A stretch of DNA of 64,000 nucleotides from Octopus bimaculoides (Eukaryota). A model generated the notes under the pieces. The model was not told the DNA's origin. It did no database searches and saw only the letters and a program-made list of their open reading frames with translations. The stretch's first letter is position 1, and each line of letters opens with the position of its first letter. The stretch covers positions 77,716,728-77,780,727 of the forward strand of contig NC_068985.1 of assembly GCF_001194135.2 (NCBI RefSeq), given 5' to 3'. Below, piece by piece: positions 12,714 to 26,000 of the stretch. Position numbers and translations under genes: made by a program.

Positions 12714-15700
12714 CACACACCCTTGCACTGGCTCTTATAACTGAGACATTCTAAACTTGAAGATACTGGTTTATATAGCACCATTGATTACACATTTGTG
12801 GGCATAAACCAACAATGGTGCCATTACTTGCTTTCATCTTCTGCTAGAAATAGTAGTGTATCACCTACCTTCTTACAAAAGAAGGACATATTAAAAATAT
12901 AAGATGGTCCTAAGTTTGCTTCTGCAAGACTGTGTTGCAGACATTGGAATGACGATGTTACAGCTAAACTATCACTGCACACATGCATGTGCATGCATGC
13001 ACACTCACTCACACACACAGACAATTTGTCTTGTTGTTTCTATTGCATTGCCTGTACTCTTCATGATACATACAATGCCTAGTAGTACCGTTTGTTGTAT
13101 GTTGTGTGGTTGTGTATGGGGGAGGGTGGAAGCAAAGATGAGGTAGTATATCAGTTATTGCTTTGGAAGCAGACTCATCATAAAAGATCAAGAAGACTAC
13201 CTCACTTTATGTACATCAACAAGCAGATACCAGAATGCCTGAATGGATGGATGAGTATGTCTCTCCTCCAGGCTGAGGGTTGGTGGGGGCTCAGACATAA
13301 TCCACCTCACCTCACCACACACCATGGTCTTGTTGCTGCCATGCACTCCACAAGAATCCTATCTGGCCAGTCCTTGATATTATTGCTCTTTATCTTCCTA
13401 TTTTTTGCTTGCAAACCTGTTTTATATCTACTCAACTCCTGAGGATGAGTTTATGGCTTTTAGGCTCTGATAACTTGGCCAAAATATTACAGATTTTGGC
13501 CAAGTTCTGACTACCATCACCAACTATTGTTCTTATTGTGTCATACTATACTAAACAAAATGGTTTGTGCTGCAGTTGCTCGCAGTCCTTAAATAGATTT
13601 AATAAGTTTATATACAAAGCTACAATAACCTCCATAACAATGACATTATTGATATGTTATTCTTTTAAACCCGAACTCACTTCATCTATTGTTCCTTGTT
13701 GTAAGTGACCCTCTTTTGTTGTTATTATTGGTCAACAATGCTACAATTCTGTTCCTGCCTCCTCCTGGACTGAATTGTTCATTCTATGAGTAATCTACTG
13801 GATCCAAGCACTCATCTTGTACAAGATACTTAGATCATCATCATTTAATGTTCATATTCCATGCTGGCATGGGTTGAAAGGGTCTGATGAGTTCAAGGAC
13901 TGCATCATGATCCAATGTCTGCTTTGGCATGATTTCTACAGCTGGATGCCCTTCCTCATGCCAACCACTTTACTGTGTGTATTGGATGTTTTTTCCTGCT
14001 ACCAGCACTATTGAGATTTCCATGCAACTCACAAGACAACAAATGGCTCGAGAGGGGGGAGTTCAGCTTTATGCTGGAACTGAGTTAGAAAATTTGCCTG
14101 CTGTAATGAACAGTTGTGCTTATTGAAGATCACTAGGAAGTATTTGAGTTCACTCATGTAAGAGGAAATATTTATGCCCACTTAAACAGGGACCTTTTGT
14201 TGAAGAAGCTATGAAAGAGAGTTTCTTCCAGAACAGAGGCCATGTTGAGGATTGCTAAAAAGCTTCATGAGGGACTAGGAATGCTTTTTTGATGCAACTG
14301 AATCAGCAGAAGAAACAAGAATACAATTTTAATTCAGATTCAGCCCTAACCATTTTAAAAGTTGGAAAAGTGGATTTTTCTGTAAATATGTAATATACTG
14401 GCTTCTAAACATTTGATTATTATCATTGTTTTAAGGTTCACTTTCCCATGCCTGCATGGGTTGGGCAGAGTTTATTAAGGCAGATTTTCTATGTCCAGAT
14501 GCTCTTACGTGTTTCCAATCACAGTATTTCTTCATGGCCATACAGGAGACATAAATACACATACACTTACATACATGCATACATACAATGGGATTCTATC
14601 AGCTTCCATACACCAAATCCACTCACAAAGACTTGGTTGGCCCAGAGACAACAGAAGTCTTTTTTTTCTTATGCACATGATGCTGTCATCATATATTTAT
14701 TTACAATGTCAATATTTAAATAGACTGAATTTTGACATGGCCAACCCATCTTACAAACTTTATTGAAGTAGATACCATGAGAAAAACTCTCATCTTGGCT
14801 TTTTGATAATAAAAAAGGCATTCTTGTTTATATTGCCAGCGGGGAGATAAATCCCTGCCACCTCCAGCACTGAGACCACCTGATCACATAATTTCAACTT
14901 TCCTTGATTTTGTCAACATTGGATGCTCAATCATTAGAGATAGCAGTGATTCATCCCTCTACCAGCAATATATAGAAAATCAGTGCCAAAACAGGAACTG
15001 GCGTCGCAATTAGCTAGTGAGCTTGTTAAAAAAAGATATATATATATATTGACGGAAGCAGTATTAATACCGAGAGATAATATTTATACCCACTGAAATG
15101 TGGGTGTTCTGTAAGAACAAGCTATACTGCAGTAGATATGAGAGAAACTCTCATATTGGCTTTTGGTGCAAAATGGACTCTTGTTTATATCGTTGTAAGG
15201 AGGAGGCAGAAGAGGAGAAGTGTATGTGTAAAACTCTTGGTCATGTGTTGTTTGCCTGCATCATTTTTAAAACCATTCCCAAGATACCTGTTATGGAGAT
15301 TGTGTCTGTTTTCAGTCCTTACTTTCTGGTTATGTTTACTTCCAGATCTTTATATTTGAATTGTTTCTTCCTTTCTTTTAGAATTATTATTATTATTTCT
15401 TTGTCTCTGTTGCAGGGCTATAACAAGGCACGTGCCTACATTGCTACCCAGGGACCACTACCACAAACAGTCGATGACTTTTGGCGTATGGTCTGGGAAC
15501 AAAACACTGCTGTGATTGTTATGATAACAAACTTAATGGAACGTGGAAGGGTAAGAATCTTTGATGTCCTTGCTAAAATACATACACTTTTCATAAGTAT
15601 TGAGTACTTATTTTCTCTGGTAAATTCAGTGTGTTATTCTTACTTGTTATAGTATATAACTTTGTACTTCAGTGTGTGAGGAATTGGTTTTGTGTTTTGT

Positions 15701-18527
15701 TTTTACATGAATTTATCCTGTATTTGTTTGTCAGTCTTCTACTCTCAAATTTTCTTTTTCTCTCTGTGTCTTACAAAATCAATGAGTGAGTTCTCTTTGT
15801 GTGTGTGTAGACCAACCACTATTTTCTTCATTGATTTTGTCTTTTTTTTTCCTCTCCTCAAGCTACTTTTAAATTCTTCAAGTGATATTATCGTATCTCT
15901 TTAAGTATATATTTCCTAATTAATCACTCTTACTTTCTCTCTCATTTACAGAGGAAATGTGACCAGTATTGGCCGAATGAAGGGACAGAGGACTATGGTG
16001 TGATGTCAGTGAGGTTACTGAGTACATTTGCGCGTGCTCACTACACAGTCAGAATATTTTCCCTCAGGAATACAAAGAAAAGAAAGGTACCTTATTGATC
16101 ACATGCTTTTCACACAGAATCATAGCAGTAAAGTGCATTTTCTACACAGCTCAACTCTCTTGTGTACCTTCAACTCTTCAACTACCCCTAATTCACTAGC
16201 TGAAATCCAATTCTCTACCTGCCCCAACTCCTACCTTGCAACAAAATCTACATAAGCATAAATTCCTCAAGTCNNNNNNNNNNNNNNNNNNNNNNNNNNN
16301 NNNNNNNNNNNNNNNNNNNNNNNNNNNNNNNNNNNNNNNNNNNNNNNNNNNNNNNNNNNNNNNNNNNNNNNNNNNNNNNGACCCTCAAAAAACCCACCCA
16401 TGTCCAAGTCTCCACCTGGCTCTTCACCTATGCTCAGTTTTCTGCTGGCTTCCTTCAACTCTAACTCACCAGAACTTAGAAACATAACGTCAACATTTAT
16501 ACCTACCATCAACTCCTTACCTTCCCTCCACTCTCTACATAGTGTCTACATTGCCCTAATTCTCTACAAACACCCAACTTATTACATGTCCAACAACTCT
16601 TCTAAGAAAATCCACAGTTCTTTCATGTACAAGAATTACACTTAATAGATATTTTCCTCACTCGTGACATGTAATAAAGTCACTCATATATACAATATAC
16701 CATTCAGTTTATCAAAGGACATAACATTGTGTCATATACTAAGGTCACGCACTCTATAGGTTAGTCATATATATATTGTGTATTGTATTATATATATAGT
16801 AACATACTACTCAGTACTTGTTATACTATGCCTATTGTTTAGTACAATACCCAATCATTGAAAACTGCTCCAAGGCATGTTTACCAAATACTATATTAAG
16901 TATATAAATGCACAAATGATAGTATTTTAATGTTCTCTATGTGGCTTGTGTGTTTTCTCGTCTTTGTTTTGTTTGCAATGTCCTGTACCCAGATATGCAC
17001 CTATACATACAGGTGGATGTCGGTATGCACATACCTGTACGTATATATGCATATACTCACTTACTATTTGTTTTTACATGATTGAACGCAGCGTCTCCAA
17101 TTGTAAGTAGTTTTTCGTAACTTCATATTTTCCGACGCTACTCTATCTCTTTCTCTTCCTCTATCATTTTTCCCCACTCTCGTTCTTCCTCTTTACTACT
17201 ACGTATCTCGCTTTACCCCTCTCGTTCTTCCTCTGTTACTACTACGTATCTCTTTTNNNNNNNNNNNNNNNNNNNNNNNNNNNNNNNNNNNNNNNNNNNN
17301 NNNNNNNNNNNNNNNNNNNNNNNNNNNNNNNNNNNNNNNNNNNNNNNNNNNNNNNNNNNNNNNNNNNNNNNNNNNNNNNNNNNNNNNNNNNNNNNNNNNN
17401 NNNNNNNNNNNNNNNNNNNNNNNNNNNNNNNNNNNNNNNNNNNNNNNNNNNNNNNNNNNNNNNNNNNNNNNNNNNNNNNNNNNNNNNNNNNNNNNNNNNN
17501 NNNNNNNNNNNNNNNNNNNNNNNNNNNNNNNNNNNNNNNNNNNNNNNNNNNNNNNNNNNNNNNNNNNNNNNNNNNNNNNNNNNNNNNNNNNNNNNNNNNN
17601 NNNNNNNNNNNNNNNNNNNNNNNNNNNNNNNNNNNNNNNNNNNNNNNNNNNNNNNNNNNNNNNNNNNNNNNNNNNNNNNNNNNNNNNNNNNNNNNNNNNN
17701 NNNNNNNNNNNNNNNNNNNNNNNNNNNNNNNNNNNNNNNNNNNNNNNNNNNNNNNNNNNNNNNNNNNNNNNNNNNNNNNNNNNNNNNNNNNNNNNNNNNN
17801 NNNNNNNNNNNNNNNNNNNNNNNNNNNNNNNNNNNNNNNNNNNNNNNNNNNNNNNNNNNNNNNNNNNNNNNNNNNNNNNNNNNNNNNNNNNNNNNNNNNN
17901 NNNNNNNNNNNNNNNNNNNNNNNNNNNNNNNNNNNNNNNNNNNNNNNNNNNNNNNNNNNNNNNNNNNNNNNNNNNNNNNNNNNNNNNNNNNNNNNNNNNN
18001 TATATTTTTTCTTTTTTTTTTCCCTTTTTCTATCTATTAGAGTTACTTCCCTTATGTTTAACTGTTTTTCGTAACACCTGTTGTCATTTAGTAGCCGACA
18101 AGAATGTACTGTAGCTCTTTGCTCCAACATTCGAATCTCTGAGTACTAATAATGACAACTGTTTGCTGTTTGCTCTATAAATTATACCACATATATATCT
18201 ATATATATATATATATATATATACATATCCTCATTATCTTCAATGTCTGTTTTCCATTCTATCTTGTGTTGGTTGGTTTGACCAGAGTTGGCAAACCAGA
18301 GAGCTGCACTAGGTTCCAGTTTGATTTGGTTTTGTTTCTACAGCTGGATGCCCTTCCAAACACCAGCCATTTTATAGTGTGTGGTGGGTACTTTTAATAT
18401 TGCACTGATATGAGCGCTTTTGCATGGTACTGATATGAGTGCTTCTTATGTAGCACCAACACAGGACTCTTGCAGGCCAATCCTCTTCATAAGGAGGGCA
18501 GCTTTAACCCTTCTGCTGTGGAGGATG

Positions 18528-18569
<42 letters not shown>

Positions 18570-18731
18570 NNNNNNNNNNATGTGCACAAGCAATATATTA
18601 ATTTAATGCTCAGAGATAGAGAGTTGTTAATGTTTTGAGCATAGCTCTTCATCAGAAAGAGAAAAGTCCAAAGAGAAAGAACGAAAAATAAGGAAAAGTT
18701 ACCAACAATCCACTTGTGGTTACATTTCTGA

Positions 18732-18769
<38 letters not shown>

Positions 18770-19486
18770 CATGCATACATGGTGTATACACACATACATG
18801 CATAGATTGTTGTGTTATATAACTAGATCACATAAATATAATACAGTACAGTTGTACATAGTGTTGTTATACATGCTAATGGACATTGGTATAAGGCAGC
18901 AGTATATTGCAAAGGTATAAGCCACATGACTGCTATTTAATCTATCAGCTACAGAAAGTAGGAAGGCTATATCAATTGGGACTCTACTACTCCACCATTT
19001 CTGCTATTCATCACTCTTACATGTTATATAACAATAAGATATCTTTGTATCCTGCATTATATAGTAATGCACATAACACTGTTCTCTGAGATAATGGTGT
19101 CAGAAATAAATATATATATATAATCTTGTTTCAGTTATTAGACTGGACCCATGCCAGAGCACCACCTTGAATTTTAGTCAATGAATCAATCTCAGAACTT
19201 ATTTTTTGAGCTTGTTATTTATTCTAGTGGTATCTTTCACTGAACTGCTAGGTTACAGGGTTGCAAACACACCACCAACAGTTGTCAAGCAGTGGTGATG
19301 ATGAGGACAAACACACACACACACACACACACAATGGGCTTCTTTCAGTTTCCCTCTACCAAATCCATTCACAAGGCTTTGGTTGGCCCAAGGCTACAGT
19401 AGAAGATACTTGCCCACGCAGGGACTGAACCGGGAACCGTGTGGTTGGGAAGCAAGCTTCTTACCACACTCCCATGCCTGTGCCTA

Positions 19487-19524
<38 letters not shown>

Positions 19525-19977
19525 TAGGCACAAGTGTGGTAAGAAGTTTGCTTCCCAACTACATGATTATGAGTTCAGTCCCCCTGCGTGGCACCTGGGA
19601 CAAATATCTTCTACTTTCGCCACAGGATGACCAAAGCCTTGAGAGTTAATTGGAAAGAAGCTTGTCATGTGTGTGTGCCTGTACATATGTTTGTTACTGT
19701 CCCTTTGCTTGTTACCATTATGCAAGGGGTGTCTTTTGTTTCCAGTCTTATGTGACAACATGTCTGATGATGGGGAAATATTACTTTATCTTGGAAACAG
19801 GTGATGCTTCACAAAGAAAAAAATCCACTTCACCAAATTTTGTGTGACCCATAAGCATGGAAAAGTGAATGTTAAAACAATGATGTTAATGACAACAAGA
19901 TATATATATATTACATATTTTTTATTCTCTTATTTGTTTCAGTCATTAGACTGTGGCCATGCGGGGACCACTATATA

Positions 19978-20018
<41 letters not shown>

Positions 20019-23000
20019 GAACTTTACTGTTCAGTATAAACTGTAAAAGGAGTATCAAACTTGCTTACTTTTGCAGGGCAGATTGAAGTATAAACTAGAT
20101 CTTGCAGGCCAAATAGAGACAATTATTCCTAAAGCGATATTTATGTTACTGACCAAGGTAAATGGATAAAAGAGCCAATGTACAGAATAACAACTTTAAC
20201 AGCAATAAATAAAGGAAAGAATATGAAGTGTTAGCAAAAAGTTGTGTAAACTTCATCCACACGGTGTGTGTGTATTATATATTTGCTATTTTTTAAAAAT
20301 AAAGTTCTTTAGAGTGAGAATGTGGATAGGAAATGTCGAAATGAATGCATATGCTTCTTTAATAAAAAGTCAATTATTGATAGAAAACTTATACTATTTC
20401 AGCTGCAGTACCTTTCAATATTGTTCATATCATGTGAATCCATTTGGGTGAAATTGTGTGTAAATTTGGAGGAATTAGGGGTGGATTCTTGCTTGATTTA
20501 GCCTATTAAATGCAACATATGTCTTTTAGTATATGGATTTATAAGCTTCTTTTTCAATAGTTAAGGTAATGAAAATATTCCCTAAAGTACATTGATTTGA
20601 CTAATCACAGCTGGTCTTGATCACAATTCTTGTCAGGTTCTGACTCTGAATGCATTTTAGTGATATATATTTTATGGATTATTTTAAAATTACAAAATAA
20701 TAATAAACAGGCATAAAATAAAGATAAGATAGAGCCAGGCTCCTGACTAAATAGGGATGCAGGCTAGATTTGTTTCATGGAACATATGTTTGATGTTGCT
20801 GGGATATATATATATATACCTTGGACAATGTGATAATGCATGATATTGGCATACATATCTAGCACTGTGATATACACACCATATAGAAGTATCATGAAAA
20901 TTACCTTACACACCGGTGAACATTTTCATATAGTTAATACAGTGATGGCATATATTCCATACAATGATATCATGTAAATTAATGTTGCCATACAGACCAT
21001 GTAAAGATGGCATAATACCCTTTAAGAATGTCACTCACACCTTCCCATTTTGCCCCACACATAGGGTATCACATGTTATATAATATGTATATGATAAGTA
21101 TACCATATTGATATGTGATATAATATGTGTATCGTATTGATACTTAATATATAGATACTACTATGACCAACAGTTATAATTTGATGCATGGGCCAGTCAG
21201 TAGCATGATCAAATTATTAACAAACACCATACATTTGCAATACATATCATATACCAACATCATTATCACACACCATACATTGTATAGATAAATGCTTTAT
21301 CTGTATATTCTCTTAACAGAAACACTCCGCTGAGCGTGTGGTTTACCAATACCACTACACTGAATGGCCTGATCATGGTGTTCCTGATTATACGTTGCCT
21401 GTCCTTACTTTTGTGCGGAAGTCTGCTGCAGCCAACCCCCCTGGTGCTGGACCTATCGTTGTACACTGCAGGTGAGTAAAAGTCAACAATGGAGATATTT
21501 TTTACCATTTGCCATTCTTATACATAAACACACCTACCGGTTTAAGTTCATTAAGTATTTCCTTTTATCTGCTTTTGATAATAATAATAATTTTGAATTT
21601 TGAAATTCATTAATTTTGTTCTTCATGAGTTCTTGCTTAATAAAATTTTTGAATCAGTTCCAGCATTTTAAAGAATATTCTCTGCTTTATAGAAACTTTG
21701 CCTGCTTGGAAATCATAGAATAATGTGGAGTTCTCTAAAGTGAAACTTATTCTTCCATTGTTTTGGGTTACTTAGAAGTCAAAGAATAAAATTTGTTTCA
21801 TGATATGGAACTCCAGACTTAGAACAAATAAATGAAGATATATATGAATAAAATGGAAGTTGTGATCAGATGTTTGATATTCAGCATATTTTGACTGTGC
21901 TACTGATTGCTTTGTATTTCAGTGCTGGTGTTGGGCGTACCGGTACCTATATATTAATTGATAGTATGATGCAGCAGATAAAGGAGAAAGGCTCAGTAAA
22001 TGTAGCTGGCTTTCTCTTACATATTCGACAACAGAGAAACTTTCTGGTCCAAACTGAGGTAAGTAGAACACATTACTTACTTTATCTTGTTACTTCATGC
22101 ATTCTAAGTTACATAGAACAGGTAGAAATTGGGAAGAGGTGTTTGTCTGTTAGTGTACTGAACAAACAAGTGTCTTAGTGCTTAGTAGAAAAGATACCTG
22201 TATGTATGTGAAGATGTTGCTTATTCACCGATCATCCCAGATGAAGCTGACTTCTATCCTACCAAGGTGCTATTGTCTCCTTTCTCCCTCTCTCTGGTCT
22301 TGTGCCGTTTCTCCTCAGGTGCTCAAGACTCGCTTGTCTCTTATTCTCTCGAATCGTCCCTGTACAACTGATAATGGAGTTCTTCCTCTTCTGAACATTG
22401 GTTTTCTGTAATTTCCTCTTTGCCCATGTTTTCCCTGATTTGTAGCTGTTTAAAAGGAACATGAACTACAATGATCTCACCAGTCTCAGAGGTAATATGA
22501 TGGCCATGAACAAACCTAGGAAGATATGGAATGAGGTAGTGAAGCATGATGTTTGAACGTTGGGCCTTACAGAAGCAATGACAAGTGACCAAGACCTTCG
22601 GTGATATGCCATGCTTGAGAAGGCTTATCAAACCAAGTGAAATCATAGTAATGCTGGTGTCACATGACTGGCACTCATGTTGGTGGCACATAAAAGCACC
22701 CATTACACTCTTGGAGTGATTGGTGTTAGGAAGGGCATCCAGACGTAGAAACCATGCTAAATCAAACTGGAACTTGGTGCAGATCTCTGGTTTACTAGTT
22801 TCGGTCAAACCATCTAACCCATGCCAGTATGGAAAGCAGACACTAAATGACGATATGATGATGATATTATAAAAAAATTCATGTGTGTAGGGTGAATAGA
22901 TGTATGTGTGTGTTGATGTGTAAGGTAAACAGATGTAATTTAAAAGAGATGTAAATCTTTTAGAAGATGAATACATGTGAATTAGTAGTTTGCAGTAGAA

Positions 23001-26000
23001 AAGATGTTGCTAAAACATATGTGAATATGTTGGTTTGTAGCAGAACAAATATAAAAGTTTACCAAACCTAAATGAATTAAACCAAAGCACTATTTCATGA
23101 AGAATACTGTTGCAAGATGTTGTTTTGTTGTGTTGTAGGACCAGTACATGTTTATTCATGATGTTCTCGTGGAATACATTCTTGGTGGTGGTGATACTGA
23201 AATTCAAGATGCTAAGATAATGAAATATTTTGAAGATTTAGAAAAACCAAATGCAAACGGAGAGAACCACCTTGAAAGACAATTCCTGGTAAGTATATTA
23301 ATATTACTTTCTGATGATTTGGTACCAATTTCTCTGTTAGATAGAGTTTTTGTAATAAGTGTGATGTGATGTATTGTGCAGCAGTGGTTGCCTAGCAGCT
23401 ATAAATATGGTGAATGTAATCTTGGATGCTCTATTAAATTCCAATCCATGACAATATGGTGAAAATAAAGGGTAAAATGGACAACAATAATTACGATCAT
23501 GTTAATAATTATCTCTCACATAAGTACAAAACCAGAAATTTGGGAGCATTGACTTTCTTACTTTATTTTGTCAACCCCAGAAAAGTAAACAGTAATGTTG
23601 ATTTTGGCCTATAACCACAGAAAGCAAAGCACCTTGTCTGACACTTTTATGATTCTACCAATCCAACAATAATACAATCAAAACGACTGAGTGTGACTGC
23701 CTATATAAACCAACTTTTAACACTGGTAGTGCTCCAGCATGGCTACAGCTTTTAGGCTGAAACATATGCAGTAATCCCTTGACTATTGCGGGTGTTATGT
23801 TCCAAAATGCCCTGTGATAGGTGAAAATCCCCGAAGTAGAAACAGTACTGTACTGTATATTTTTTTAATATTTTTGTAATTTGTATATATTTATTTTATT
23901 ATAAATGCAAAACACCACCACCCACTCGCCTCCAGAGTTTCATTTTCCATACAGTATGTGTAATTCTTTGTTTACTCATACTCATCTACGGTACATCATG
24001 TGTTTTCTTTTAATATATCTTAATTAATGTGTTATACAGTGCAGTACTGTACTGTATTTTTATTTATTAACTTTTAGGCTCGAAAATGCTTATTTTACCA
24101 CAGGAATAATTAAAATCTAAAAAAATATTAATTATAAATACCTATCAGCCACAGAAACCTGCAATATACTGAGGAGTCTGCAATATAAATTTATATATAT
24201 TAGCCAGAAAAATCCGCAATGTACTGAAGGCACGATAGGTGTACCATGTTATGGCGAGTGAATACTTTAAAAGAAATATATAGGTGTTAGGAAGAGTATC
24301 CAGCTATAAAAACCCTGCCAAAACAGACAGGGAAACATATTGCAGTCTTCTGCCTAGCCAACTCCTGTCAAACCATCCAACCCATGCCTGCTTGGAAAGC
24401 AGATGTTATATATATATATATATATATATATATACTGTCCAGATTATCTAAACTCTGTATAGATTAATATGTCACTGATTGGTGTAACACATCTTAAACT
24501 TCCTGCTGACTTATATCTAATTGTGTATTATTTCAAACTGAATTTAATTGTGTATCATTTCATAAGCTGTTACCTTCATATCCAAGCTGTCTTGCAATTG
24601 CTGTATTATTCTAATCATACATACACTGTACATTCATAAGTTTCCAGAAAGCTCTTTCAATTCCCGGCAATATCATTTCAGTTAATTCACTCTTTACCCC
24701 ATTTTCTCTTGTGTCAGCAGATGCTTATCACTCATATTTTCTATACTTTCCTTAGAATATGATACTAGTGAAGCCATAGACCCAGTCTTCAACAATGGGA
24801 TTATATTTACTTATTTTTTTAATGATGTCTTAAATAATTTCATATTCAAAATAGTTTTGTCTTAACTGTCCCACCAAGTTCTCTGTTTTAAATCTCAACC
24901 CCTTCTAATGTTCACCTAGACAATTCAGGTTTCAACTGTCAAGGTATCAGTCTCTGTCCAACAAGTTTATGGTTGAGCTTGTGGCAGTGGAGACCACTGG
25001 CATTCTTGGCCTCCAGACCATATCATCTCTGCTCACCACTGTTGAGGTAGCGATGGCTATCCACAAATGCAAGCCCCATGGATCAGTGGCTGTTCCAGCG
25101 CATCTTCCTTGCCATCTTCTGGGACAACTCCTTTTCCATTTTCTCTTCTGGGGCCATGAGGAAATTGTATATTCCACTTCTTAAATACTTAGATCCATGC
25201 AATAGTTTATTATTTTAATTCTATCAGATTATGAAATTTTAATTGTTTTATTTTTAAAAACAATAGTTCCTTGATAAGTCGTTAATTTCCTAAATCTTTA
25301 ATTTCAGTTGTCAACGTGCCGTAGACCCAAAGAACATGAGTACTCTCAGGCTGTAAAACCTGTAAATGTACCAAAGAATCGTATTCAAGAGATGCTACCT
25401 ATCGATATGAAAAGGGTTCTTTTGCCTGTAAAACCTGGCGTGGACGGCTCGGATTATATTAATGCTTCATACCTGCAGGTAAGTACACCTAAACAGATTC
25501 ATCATTGGTTCTTTTAATGTTTTTATTTTGGTGGGTGGGGTTCTCATTTCCCCTAACCTAGCTCCATATTGTCATGTTTTAAACTGATGTAGCTAATGGG
25601 GCCATTGNNNNNNNNNNNNNNNNNNNNNNNNNNNNNNNNNNNNNNNNNNNNNNNNNNNNNNNNNNNNNNNNNNNNNNNNNNNNNNNNNNNNNNNNNNNNN
25701 NNNNNNNNNNNNNNNNNNNNNNNNNNNNNNNNCTCTTTCTTCCATTCTTTCATGCTTGCCTCCATTCTTGCATGGATTACATGGTTATACCATCTGAACA
25801 TATTGTTTTGCTATAAAGACAACTACTGAATTTATGCTAACATTTAATAATTTTAATTAATTGTTCCTTAGACTCATCTGACCAATTGGCACCTTGTGAA
25901 CTGGAGCTTTACTTTTGGTTTATGAGGTGAAACTGGCACTTCATTGCTTATGACAATGAGGGTTCCAGTTGATCCGATCAATGGAACAGCCTACTTGTTA

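Noticed and set aside
17257-18000. Hidden phosphatase exon in the 744-nt gap
   Set aside because: The flanking exons join in phase 0 and [17 protein letters not shown] needs no insertion; an optional small exon cannot be excluded but is unsupported.
17213-18130. Longest ORF in the track (305 aa), and similar ORFs at 44011-44388 and 53675-54112
   Set aside because: They are artefacts of N gaps and microsatellites.
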